Shown piece after piece: positions 25,724 to 39,200 of a stretch of 64,000 bases of DNA. The DNA is from Lytechinus pictus. Its lineage: Eukaryota. Position 1 is the stretch's first letter; the number at the start of each line of letters is the position of its first letter. The DNA lies in contig NC_087250.1 of NCBI RefSeq assembly GCF_037042905.1, positions 18,664,001-18,728,000 of the forward strand, read 5' to 3'. The position numbers and the translations under genes were made by a program. Under the pieces are notes generated by a model. That model was not told the origin of the DNA and made no database searches. It was given only the letters and a program-made list of their open reading frames with translations.

Positions 25724-26675
25724 TTAACAATAACTGTGATTAATTTAACTGAGGCATCGATCATTCTCATTCTGACATGCACCGTATAGTAAAGAATTAG
25801 GAGGAATCTTTTCAATATTTGATATATATATATATATATGAATTATTGAATAAATAAATAATTAAATTAAATGATTGATTAAAAATCGAATAATATTTCA
25901 ATATCTTCCGCATAATTGTCAGATTTATCATTATTTCTTTTAATTTGATGATGCCACCCGGCTATCTCCCTATGATCATGATGTACCACGTAAACTGCAA
26001 TCAAAAGTGAAGTAATGTGAAAACACCCCCAGAATTTGGTGGTTGTACGGTTTCTTAATGTACAGAACATCATGCTGTCGTATACATGTAGATATTGTCA
26101 ATAGGCATATACGTTACCTATTTCTTGGGGGGGACATTACATTTCCTGCTTGATGTACACACTCAAAAGGTTATTTCAGGCTGAATCATACAGAATTTAT
26201 GAAAGGTCTGATTTAATGCTTTTCAAGTGTATTTTCCTGCAACTCATATCTACTTAGAGTCAAGTGGTATAAGTATGGTCTATAGAATTTAGGGCATTTT
26301 AAAGGTTGATTAAACCGCAATTAGGATTTGTCAATAGGCATATTCAACATTATCTAATTAATTGAAATTACATTTCCTCGTTAAAGTACACACTCAAAAG
26401 GTCATGACTCATTTACAATTTTTAATACTTTTCAAGTGTATTTTCCGCAACTCCTATTTCAAAGCAAGTGGTATAACTATGGGCTATAGTATAGTGCATT
26501 TTAAAGGTTGAATAAACACGTTAACACATGGATCCTGTACAATATTTATAGAGAGTAAATAAATAGGATCATCGTCAGTTTGGTTATCAATAACCAAATA
26601 CCATTATTTTTAGGTGTTTTTAGCAAACAATCAATTAAATCGGTGAAGGTTACTAGAAAATTATCTCTTCCGATA

Positions 26676-26888
26676 TTGATTGGTGGTGATTTTTTTACCT
26701 GATTGCTAAGAAAGCATGAATGCTTGTAAGCAAGCAACCAGAGGACCGACGGCTTAAGGTCCCCTCCGAAGGACCTGGTACTGAGGATTAATTCCTTACC
26801 AAAGGGCACTAGCGCACCAAGTGGGAATCGAACCCGGGTCACCGGAATACGAGTCCCCCGCTCTACCGACTGAGCTATCATGTCGCTT
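26676..26888 (-). mobile_element. tRNA-derived SINE
   Basis: Minus strand: A box TAGCTCAGTCGG, B box GGTTCGATTCC, then a tRNA-unrelated body shared with 51301-51516. Confidence 0.88.
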
Positions 26889-27090
26889 CATGAGGTAAAG
26901 CCGGATTGGCTAGGTCTTATATCATGTATAGGGAAGGGAAATATTTTGTAGCACATTAGACATATGGCTACGCACGTCCCTACGCACTTACACGTAATAA
27001 AGAAATGATATTGGAGATTAGATAAAGAGCGTTTGGTCAACGAGTTCATTACACGCACTCTGAAAAGAATGAGTAAAAATTTTACGCAAT

Positions 27091-28866
27091 ATTTGATTTG
27101 ATTTATTTATTTTTTCTTCTGCATTCATAACAATGGTATACAATACAATTTTCATTACGTAACAAACATAATATATCAGTAATTGATATTGGTATTAATC
27201 ATAAAGAACAAAAATACAAAATAAAAAAGTCATTTTAAGCAAATATGATCTACTACCAACAAAGAAAATTTAACATTTACAGTTTGCAGGAGAAGGATTG
27301 TCATTAAAAGCAGATTGCTTGAAAAAAATGACAATCCCGGAATAAAACTCGTTAAATTAATACATACATTCATAAGCAGAATGGAAATGTTATCTTGTTC
27401 ATAATTTCATAATGATAAAGATGGAGATGAATGGGGATGATGGTGATGATGATAGTTATGGAAGAGTGTTTGGTGATGATTAAATCACAGGAAAAGTGAT
27501 TCAATGATTAACTGAAATACTGACACAGAAAACTTACCTTATATATTCTGATAATAACATGGATTTAACATTTGCCTTGAATGAGTAAAGAGATGAACAT
27601 TCTTTGATAAACTCTGGTAGAGAGTTCCATAAATAGGGACCGTGGTGTCTTATGGATCTCTGTGCAATGAGCAAGTTTGGGTCAATTAAGTGAAAATGTG
27701 AAGAGTTCCGTGTAGGGTATGAATGAATAGATGTGTTCATTGTATACAAATTGTGAAATTAAGATGGAATCATGTTATTTATGTACTTGAACATCAGCAG
27801 TAAACTTTGAAGTGAATTTATATCAAATAATGTTAGAGTCTTTAGTTTAAATGGAATAATGGGTTTGTGTGTGCTAAATAGTGTGAATCAGTACAAATTC
27901 GAATATTCTGTAATAAATATATTGTATTAATTTTAGTTTTTGCACAGGTTGCCCAAACTATATTGCAATACGATATATAGGGTAAAATCAATGAATTATA
28001 TAGTGTAACGAGGGTAGTTTGTGGAATAATGATTTTCATTTTGTAAAGTACACCGAAGTTTCTCGAGATACTAGTGGATATGCAACGTATGTGTTCGTTC
28101 CAATTTAAATTTTCATCTACTGTAACACCTAAAAATTTTGTATCCTTTTTTCTTTTCAGAAAAGTATTGTCTATGATTGTATTGTAAGGAAATTCAGCAA
28201 TATGTGAATTTGTATGTTTGAAATATATAAAGTTTGTTTTATCTATATTAAGTGAAAGCTTATTACACTTAAACCATATAGATAGTTTTGGCAATTCACG
28301 ATTAATTGTATCTACTTAAGTTTCTAAACTATTATGTGAGCAAAAAATGTTTGTATCATCTGAAAATAATACAAATGATAACAAAGGTGTTACATAAGTC
28401 AAATCATATATACTAAGAAAAGCAAGGGGCCCAATATTGACCCTTGTGGACCTCCACACTTTATTGATTGAAGGTTAGAAGAAATATTATTGTGAATTAC
28501 AAATTGTTTTCTATCTGATAAATAACTCTCAAACTATGATAATGCAATTCCTCTAACTCCGTAATTTTCAAGTTTTTAAAGTAAAATTTGGTGGTCGAGA
28601 GTATCAAAGGCTTTGCTTAGGTCCATAAATACTCCTGTTATATGTTCTTTTTTTTTGCCATTGCATTTGTAATTTTATCGTATATATGTACTAAAGCCTG
28701 GTCTATTGAATGTCCTTTCCTGAATCCATATTGGTTTGAATTTAGAAAATGAAATGCTTCTAGGAACGTGTAAAGTCTGCTGTAAATGTTTTTTTATAAC
28801 ATTTTGGATATGCTGGGAAGAATAGATATTGGCCTGTAATTACTTATTTCATGTGGATTGTCTTTT
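27091..28866 (-). mobile_element. Degraded 5'-truncated CR1/L2-group LINE
   Basis: Frameshifted remnants NYRPISILP, QGSILGP, WFKCNKLSLN..KT, KFLGV, YCNIVW, LWNSLP; AATAAA/(TCAAA)n tail near 27091. Confidence 0.88.
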
Positions 28867-29087
28867 TTGTGCAAAAAGTGAACATTCATGTTTGTTGGGT
28901 AAGATTTCGTCCCATATTATACAAGACTCCTGTTTTATGGGTAAATTTCAACGAAACATTGGGAAAACCTTTCACAATATTTGGTTTAAATTTGCCCCAT
29001 AACATGCATGTTCCGTGTTCACCCGTCTCATATTATACAAAATTCTAAAAACTGTTCTGATATTTATTTATATATATTTAAATTATG

Positions 29088-29185
29088 TTTACCGAATGGG
29101 CATTAGCTCAGAGAGTGGGAATCGAAGCCGGGTCTCTGGAATCCGGAACCCCCGATCTATCGACTGCGCAACTCCATGACCCCGA
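29088..29185 (-). mobile_element. Degenerate SINE head fragment
   Basis: Minus strand gcgcagtcgatag...gacccggcttcgattcccact...gctaatgccc matches the SINE 5' region. Confidence 0.6.
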
Positions 29186-29274
29186 TATAAAATCGTCAAT
29201 ACTTCAATTGCTAAAATATTCTATCATCAAGTGGTTTTGCGATCGTAACTTTCATTCTTTGCAGGTGTATCTAG

Positions 29275-29344
29275 ATGATGGCGCACTACTTGAAAACGTA
29301 TCGAATTGTTATCTTCATCCTGTACTTCAAGTACACCCAGAGTC
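29275..29344 (+). CDS. LRP-like gene: putative first coding exon (signal-peptide-like)
   Basis: Acceptor ttcattctttgcag ends at 29264; [23 protein letters not shown]; strong donor gtaagt at 29345; phase 1 fits the next exon. Confidence 0.6.
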
Positions 29345-29725
29345 GTAAGTTATTATTTTTTTCTTTATTATTTATTTCTTCTTTTAAATTATCGCTTTCC
29401 CACTTTCATTCTCATTTTTTGAAAATCACGATAAAAGTAGTAAAAATGTTTTGGATGCATTAGGCATACAGGTACAATTTTGTTACTGTTTGAGATAATG
29501 GAGCATAACTACTTTAGCCTTTGCAAGGGAGATGACATCATCGTCAACAGCATCATTATTCCCATCACAATCACCACTACCACCACCATCATCCTCCTCC
29601 TCATCATCATCTTCATCATCATTATCATCATCATCACCATCATTATCATCATCACCATCATCACCATCATCATCGCCATCATCATCATCATCACCACCAT
29701 CATCATTGTCATCATCAACGTCACT

Positions 29726-29760
<35 letters not shown>

Positions 29761-29902
29761 GCTCCTCATCCTCCTCCTCCTCATCATCATCGCCATCATC
29801 ATCATCATCACCACCATCATTATCATCATCACCATCATCACCATCATCATCGCCATCATCATCATCATCACCACCATCATCATTGTCATCATCAACGTCA
29901 CT

Positions 29903-29937
<35 letters not shown>

Positions 29938-32900
29938 GCTCCTCATCCTCCTCCTCCTCATCATCATCGCCATCATCATCATCATCACCACCATCATCAT
30001 TGTCATCATTAACGTTACTACCATCACCATCATCATTATCAGCAGCATGGAACATCACCACCATCAGAAATTCAGAATCATCAACATCATGATCATGACC
30101 TCCCCTTCATCATCGCAACCATTACTGTCACCATCGGAGTTATTACCATCATCCCCATTATCATAATCGAAACCATCACTCTCGCATATATTCATTAAAC
30201 GACAGCATCATGATAAATAAGAGACATTTCACTTACAATGTTAGGCTTATAATGGATGGTTTGTCTCGCCTGCGTTTCCCGACGGCGGCGGCGGCGTCAA
30301 AATTGAAATCTTAATACGAAGGTTAAGTTTTTGAAATCACATAAAAACTTGGAAAGTAGCTCATGGAACTTGTATATAAAAGTAATCAGTTATTACTAAA
30401 TATCCTGCCTGGGTTTCAGGTCACATGACCAAGGTCAAAGGTCATTTAGGGTCAATGAACTTTTGCCATTTTGGGGTATTTGGTGAATTTCCATTGTACA
30501 TTTGAAAAGTCTATGGAGCCAGTCAATAAAACGTAGACACAAAGGGAAACAAGTATCACTGAAGATCCTGTTCGAGTTTCAGGTCACATGACTGAGGTCA
30601 AAGGTCATTAAGGATCAATGAACTTTCGTCATGTTGGGGGTATTCGTTAATTTACCATCGTAACTTTCAAAGTTTATGGGTATAAAATGCGTCCCAGAAA
30701 AAACGAAACCGAGTTTAAGCGATAATTTATCATAACTTAATCACAAATACAATAGACAAATGACCTACCAATGTAAAGCTTAGAATCTCCTCTTTCGTCA
30801 GATGTTACCTAGATTATTCCCTATTCACGCATGAGTGAGCAAAAACAATTTGAAGAAAGGATACCAAAAACTCATTTGGCGGGGGTATCTGAATTTCAAA
30901 AAGAAAATCACATGCCTAAAAAGTTCAATATCTGCTCTTTTTTTTATACCTTAATCACAAAAAATTGTCAAGAAGTAAAAAAGTCATGTTCCCTCGAAAC
31001 AATACTTGTATTTCTATAATTTCATGAAATAAACGTGTTTTCACCGGTTACCAACATAAGCTATCGCATGGTTAACAAAAGATTTAATGCATGGCTGATC
31101 GTCAACAAAACGGAGTGTCAAGTGAGTTTGAACGCTAGCCTGTAGAACCTCTTAATTTTATGAAATTATTGAAATTTAAGCCTTATTTAAAATAACAAGA
31201 ACTAGTGTTATTTCTTGACCATTTTCTGTAATTGAGGTATCAAATTAAAGAGCAGATATTGAACTTAAAAAAAATGTGATTTCCTTTTTGAAACCCAGAT
31301 ACAGCCCGTCAAATGACTTTTTGGTATCCCCTCTTCAATAGCTTTTGCTCACTCATGCGTGAATGACAAATAATCTGAGTATTTTCAGATGAAAGAGGAG
31401 ATTCTAAGCTTTACAATGGTAGGTCATTTGTCTATCGTATTTGTGTTTAAGTTATAATAAATCATCGATAAATCTCGGTTTCGTTTTTTGTGGGACGCAC
31501 TGTATAATTAATAAAACGTGGACATAGGCGTAATTAAGTATCATAAGCTCACCTTCCACAATTCTTAAGTCCGACTTGATCAAAGATTCAAATGTCATTT
31601 AGGGTCAATTAACGTAGTAAAATATTATCATATGAATGGTGTTATTTGTGAATAATTATTATTTTCTAGTCATTTTCAAAGTCACCACTGCTGCTTTATT
31701 GAATCGCGTAATGCAGGCGAGACTGCCACTTGAACATGTTGAATGCAGTATTGACAATTCATCGAAGCGAAAAGACACGTCATTTAAAAATAATGTCACG
31801 CATATTTGAATTTTATCGGATAGAGAGAGATAGAGAAAAAAAAACCAAGTCCAAAGCATAATATTATCATGAAGGGGAATTCATTTTTCAATCGTTAGTT
31901 ACAACTCGAAGAGTTGGCATTTATTTTTTTATGAATGGGGGGGGGGGGGGAGGGCGTGCCATGAATAGTTTTCATTTCAAAATGACACGCGTGAAATGAA
32001 CTGTGAAAAAGATAAGTAGCCTACCACCCTCATCCGATGATCATACTTTTTTTCTTTCCTTTTAACAATACTCAACTTCTTCCTCTTTCTCATTTGTTCT
32101 TTTTCTAGTTTCCTTTTATTTCTGTCATAACTTATGTTTCACGGAAACAAGTGATTCCGATTCGAATTCTTTCAGATTTAGCTCAATATTTGCCTATTGG
32201 TATATAAATGAAGCTTGTTTCGTTGGCATTACTTATAAAGTTAAGTACACAAAGCATGAAAAACATGGTCTCCATATACCAGAATGGGGAGCTGCTCCAC
32301 CCCTGCGCCTACCCACGGAGTAGAACTAAGGTTTTTGTTTTTCATCAAATTGGCTGACTTTAAGTACCTTCGATAACAAACTATGTTCCCGTATTTTTCT
32401 TTTAACCTTTCAATAATTATTGCATATGAATCAAGATGAACAGTTGCAGAATGATTACAGATAAAACTAACAAGAACTAAGGTTTTTGTTTTTCATCAAA
32501 TTGGCTGACTTTAAGTACCTTCGATAACAAACTATGTTCCCGTATTTTTCTTTTAACCTTTCAATAATTATTGCATATGAATCAAGATGAACAGTTGCAG
32601 AATGATTACAGATAAAACTAACAAATCATGAAAAAGGGAAAAAAAGAGACAAATGTATGTAATACACAAAAAACAGGAAGTGAAACCTTATTAGAAAAAT
32701 GGGGTACTCAAATCGAATCTCCACGAATTGGAGAGCAAGTTTTTATTTTTCTTTGCAGGATATTATTCTAAGTCCTTGTTACATTTTAACAGAGCCTTAA
32801 AGGGATGGTCCGGGCTGAAAATATTTATAACTTAATAAATAGAGTAGAATTCACTGAGCAAAATGCCGAAAATTTCATCAAAATCGGATAACAAATAACA

Positions 32901-35900
32901 AAGTTATTGAAGTTTAAAGTTTAGCAATACTTTGTGGAAACAGTCGTCATGAATATTCATTAGTTGGGCTGATGATGTCACATCCCCATTTGTTCTTTTG
33001 TATTTCATTATATGAAATTAGGTTTATTCAAATTTTTTCCGCCAAGAACTAGAAAAATTGGATTGACAACTGATTTAGTGCATTATATATTTATTCCTGT
33101 AACTTATTTCGTTATAAGGGAGACATATTATTCACACAAGTATGAAATAATTAAAAAAATATGATTTTATGTAATAACATAAGAAAACGGAAAGTGGGGA
33201 TGTGACATCATCAGCCCACCTAATGAATATTCATGACGACTGTTTTCACAAACTATTGCTAAATTTTAAACTTCAATAACTTTATTATTTGTTATCCGAT
33301 TTTGATGACATTTTCGGCATTTTGCTCAGTGAATTTTACTCTATGTATTAAGATATAAATATTTTCAGCCCGGACCATCCCTTTAAAACAATTCATTTTT
33401 TTTTTATTTACAGACATATGTCCCTGTAAATCTTAGTGACTACCTTTTTTGTTGTTGCTAATTATACGGTCTTGGTACTGTTCATTGATATAGGAATTGG
33501 CAAGATATTTAGGCACATGAATATACAATAATTTGCAAATATTAAATATTGTGTTTCATTTTTCTTATTTAGTTGAGTGTATAGATCGTTGTGATAATGG
33601 AGGAATTTGCAGTTCATTTAACAATGTCAATGGATCAGTCTGCACATGCGCAGACGAGTACAGTGGTGCAAGTTGTGAATTTCGTAAGTTTATTAAGATT
33701 TATAAATAATTTTAGTTTTGACGTAAGAATTTATCAAGATCCATTTAAGAACTTCCTTATAAACATGATGAATAAAAACTATTACAAACAGTTATATAAT
33801 TAGATATTTATTTTAATACAGGCAAATTTGCCTTATGATTTAAGATTGAACAAAAGTGTATGTGTGGGGGAGGGGGAGGGGTGCTGAGCCGAAAATGTCT
33901 GTGTGTGTGTGTGTGGGTTTGTGTGTGGGGTGGCTAACCATGTAAAAATCCCTATCAGACGGTAATTTTACAATTCACTACACGGTTTGAAAAAAGAAAA
34001 ACTTTGGGGACTGCAGGCCCCCTCCTGTTTCGCCTTCCTTTAGAATGGACAGGTAATTTGAACATATTAATATTATGCAGGGCCCACTTGCAGATCAAAT
34101 TATTATTATTATCATTATTATTATCATTAATGTTATTATTATTATTAGCATTAATTGGAGAAGATTCCGTATTTGTGACAGAATCATCACTTCGTTTTCT
34201 TAAATCAAGGTTCGCGGTATGCAGCTCTCATGTTTCTGTGCGACTCCGGAGCTAATCTGATTTTCGAAGCCAGTGCTGACGAGCTCGAGTTCCGTTCGCT
34301 TCCCTTGCCCAACCTCCGACAGCCGGTGGCCGTCGGCTACGACTACGAAGACGACGTCGTTTTCTGGGTCAACGCTGAGGATGGCTCACTTAATCGAGCG
34401 AGACGAAATGGATCTGGATATGAACAATTGAATGTCGGTCATGGTATGTATACATGTACTACGTAGTAGTAGGCAATGAGGTCATCAAGGCCGGCCGCGA
34501 TTTTGTTTTCGTCAATTCCTGTGTACCAAACGCGAGAGGGCTGCTGGAATGACGTTAAATTAGTTAAGTTCAAGCGTTTTAATTACTCATGTGTCAAATG
34601 AACAATTAAAGAATGCAATGTAAAAACATAACAAGCAATAGTACATAAACATTTGAGATGAATTGGCAAAAAATCTTAGATACCTTTACATAATCAATAG
34701 CTTGATTACTCATGAGAAAACATAAGAAATGAGACGCTAAAAAAGAAGCAGAGCGTGTAGACGTTCTAGTACCTCTGAGATTAAATACAATGTGTAAGTC
34801 ATATTGTAAAAATAGGATTGTATAATTATATAAAATAAAAAAATAAAAACATCAATAAAAAAGGTTTTATTTAGTCAGACTACGCCTCATGAACATTCAA
34901 GAGACGCGAAACGTTAGGATATATCTTCTCGAAATCCAGGAAAATCCGGAAAGTTTTGCTATTTTCCAAGATCATTTCGGGAAGTGAGAAATTCCGGGAA
35001 GTTATCATTTCCAAGAATGATATTATTTTTTAAATATTAGGTCAAAATCTATCCTAAAATTTGATCTTTGTAATGAAAATGTCAACATTTTTGCTTGCTC
35101 GCTTCGCTCGCTCGCAATTCTTTTGCCCGATATATACGTCTTTGGTTATATTTCGCCCCATTACGGCACTGGGCCCTATATTTCATCTTTTTTGTGTAAA
35201 GAAGAGAAGTATAACATCTTATGAAAGACTGGAGACCATTTGTAAAATTCCTAGATATTTTGTAAAATTCCAGTAACTTTCAGAGTAAATTCCGGGAGGT
35301 TTCGTTTTGAAAATTGGAAGCACTGGCACAATCAGTAAGCCAATCCTATGTCGACTTATTTCATAGACGCAGATTCGATTTTTGCAGAGAACGGTTTTTA
35401 TGTAAATTAAAAATTGAGGCAAGGCTCTAAGAATCCCCAAAACAGCCTATTATATCGTCATTCACACTGCCCTCTCGCGTCGGGTGCACAAGTACTGACA
35501 AAAATAAATTGGGGGCCGGCCTCGATGCCAGATGATACAAGTCGAAGAAGTGTAGCCTTATTCCGAATCTCCCAAACTGGAAGCGTGTATAAATATTCAT
35601 TGCATGCGGTCAAGTCAGGATTCGATGTATTAAGCTCTATGTGAAAATAATCAGAACTATTATCGTAATTATCAAAATGCTATATTTTTATTGTTTGTTT
35701 GACAGGCATTATTGATCTTGCAATCCATGTCCCAACAAGACGCATCGCGTGGATCAACGCTGAAAGAACTTTATCAGGTCTTTATCATTACGCTTCTGGA
35801 CTCCAAGAAAGGACCTTCACTGGCAACAACTTTTCAACTGTTGCTTCTCATCCAAATGGGTAATTTATGATCATAAAATCTAATTTCCTATTTGATTCGC

Positions 35901-36197
35901 TATTGTATTCATTTATTTCTACTACATTTATGTCGTATAATGAGTCAATATAAACATTTCCCCCCAAATATTCATTAATCAAGTTCAAGTTCAAGTTCAA
36001 ATTTATTCAAACCAATCAAGAACAAGAGACATATCACATAGTTTAACAAAAATGAGAATACATGATAGGTTTGGGACCCCATAGAAGCAGAGCTTGTGAG
36101 AGGGGCCCCTTATAAAGTACATTACAACAATAATGAGATGAAAAAAAAATATTTACAATGATAATCTAAAGAGTAAAAAAAGAAAATACATACAAAC

Positions 36198-36229
<32 letters not shown>

Positions 36230-39200
36230 ACACACATGGTTTATCAAGAATCAATTTAAGATATTTTGTAATCTTTCAAATAAATATTTTCGACATGAAT
36301 TTTTAAATATGGGCAGTGTTGGACTGGATCTAAAGTTTTGGGGTAACTTATTCCATTCTTTTGTACAAACTATCACAAAAGAATTCAAAGCAGTATTTGT
36401 TCTTGCAAGTGGCTGGTGGATAAGATTTTTCTGCCGTGTATTGTACAAATGGACATTTGAGTTAACAACAAATGCATCTTTTAGAAATGAACAGTTTTGA
36501 GAGGATTGTGATTTGTACATAAATATCAAGCAATTGAGGGAGACTAAATCATCAAGAGGCAAAATCTTCAATTGCAGAAATAAAGGAATACTTGGACATC
36601 TGTAATTCGAATATGTCATGAGCCTCATAACTTTCTTCTGAAGAACTAGCAGTTTGTTTAAATGGTTCCTATATGTATTTCCCCATGCAACATTACAATA
36701 ATTTAAGTGTGGCATAATAATAGCATTGTAAAGAGTTACTAAGGTCTGCTGAGGGAGAGAGAAACGTAATTTATAAATGACACCAACGCTCCTTGATACC
36801 TTAGTACAAACATAACTGAGGTGATTTTTCCATGATAAGTGATCATCAACTACAACTCCCAAAAACCTTACATCTTGACTTCGACTGATCTGATGGCCTC
36901 CTATTGATAATGGATTAGTATCTTCAGGGACTCGTTTACCCCTTGTTCTAAAGACAATATATTGAGTTTTACTAGCATTTAATAAAAGCTTGTTACAGCA
37001 AAACCATTTAAATATATTTTCAATTTCATTGTTAGTTGAGAGTATGAGAGTTTCCATATCTTTGTGATGGGAAAGTAAGCAAGTGTCATCTGCGAATAGT
37101 GAATAAGTAAACAATTTTGATGAATTTATAATGTCATTAACATAAATCAGGAACAATAAGGGACCCAGAACCGAGCCTTGGGGTACACCACATTTAACCT
37201 CCTTAGATTGTGATTTAACTCCATTAATCGTTACATACTGACATCTATTCGTTAAGTAATTTTTGAACCAACTTAAGGCTACCCCACGAACACCATAATG
37301 CTCAAGCTTGTACAATAATATATCATGATCGATAGTATCAAATGCTTTCGATAAATCAAGAAACACACCAATACAAAATTTTCCACTATCAATTGCACTT
37401 ATAATGGTATTTACTAAATTCAAGACGCCCATACTTGTGGAGTAATTCTTTCGAAATCCAAATTGTTGTGGTATCATTATGTTATGAAGTTGAAGGAAAT
37501 CATCCATTCTTTTGTACACTATTTTCTCAAGAATTTTTGAGAATATGGGTAACAACGCAATAGGTCTGTAATTTTCAATGCATTTACGATCATTCTTTTT
37601 AAATACTGGGACAACTCTAGCTATTTTCAGTTTGTCAGGGACTATACCCTGAAACAAGGACTTATTAAAAATATCGCATAAGGGATCAACAATGCATTGA
37701 ATACAATTTTTTATGACCTTGGGAGAAACATCATCTGACCCGCATGCCTTCGATGGTTTTAAAGTCGAAACCAAATTAGAAATTTCACAAACAGATGTTG
37801 GTCGAAAATACAAGGATGAGGAGTGATTTTGGACCGACATAAAATCTCTGTATAAGGATTGGACATAAGGAATTTTCTTGCTTATTTTAGAAGGTAGATC
37901 AATAAAATATTTATTAAAATACTCAGCTTTATGTAGATCTGAATTTAACAACAATTCGTTATGATACATGTCATTTGGGAGTGGCGTTTTCTTCCCCCTC
38001 CCCAGCAATTCATTGATATGGGACCAAGTCTTCCTCACATCATTTTGATTTGTTCGAAAAACATTATCATAATATTTCTTCTTACTTTGACGAACAAGAT
38101 TTGTCAATGTATTTTTGTAATCAATATACTTTTTCCGATTAATTTCGTTTTTATTTTTTGTATATGCATAGTAAAGCTTCTGCTTTTTATGAATGGATTT
38201 TAGAAGAACTGGAGTAATCCATGGTTTCCTGCATTTATTCTTACCACTGCATTCAATTAAAGGGAAATGTTCATTGTATAACTGAGAAAAAATGTCACTA
38301 AAATAGTTAAACGACACATTAGCGTCAAACAAATCATATAAAATAGACCAATCTGTGTTAAGTAAATCTTGTCTAAAGTAATTCATTCTTACTTCAGTAA
38401 TTAGACGTCTGAACACTTTTCTTTTTGTTTCACTAGAAGTAATGGCATTGCCTTTGTTAATGCTACAAATCGGCATATGATCAGAAAAATCAGAACAAAA
38501 TATTCCAGAGCAGAATTGATATTGAACACAATTGGTAAATATATTATCAATTAAGGTTGCTGAAGATGATGTTATGCGTGTAGGTTTAGTGATTAGGGAA
38601 AACAAGCCAAATGAACACATGAAATTATTAAAATCTCTAACCTTTTCATCTGTATCAGCATTTAACAAGTTAATGTTAAAATCACCCATAATATAAATGT
38701 CCTTATTTTCTTTACTCAATATTTGCATTTCTTGGTCAAAGTCATCAGTAAATGATCGAATATCATTGCCAGGGGCTCTATACACACAACCAACAATTGA
38801 CTTTTTGTTTGCATTATTCAATTCAATAAATACAGACTCATAATAAGTATTTGCCGTTGATAAATCATTGCGTAATTTGTAATCAAGCCCCTCTCTGACA
38901 TAACATGCTACACCATCACCTTTTTTATTTGATCGACATACTTGAACAAGTGAATATCCAGGAATATCAAACATAGCTACTTCTGTGGATGGAGTAAACC
39001 AGGTTTCTGAAACACCAATCACTGAAAAATTATGATTTATACATGATAACAAGACCGCCAAATCTTCAAAATTTTTAAAGAGACTTCTCGAATTAATATG
39101 CATAACGGAAAAGTTTTCACCATTACATTGGAAATCTTCACAGTTTATGTATTTACACTCATTAATAACCGGTTCTGGAATATTAAATCCGTCATCCATG

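Noticed and set aside
26810..26888. Functional tRNA gene
   Set aside because: A/B boxes are present but there is no proper acceptor stem, and the sequence runs into a SINE body shared with 51301-51516.
29480..30166. Long poly-Ile/Asp/Met/Ser ORFs
   Set aside because: Artefacts of the (CAT)n microsatellite, open in several frames; intronic.
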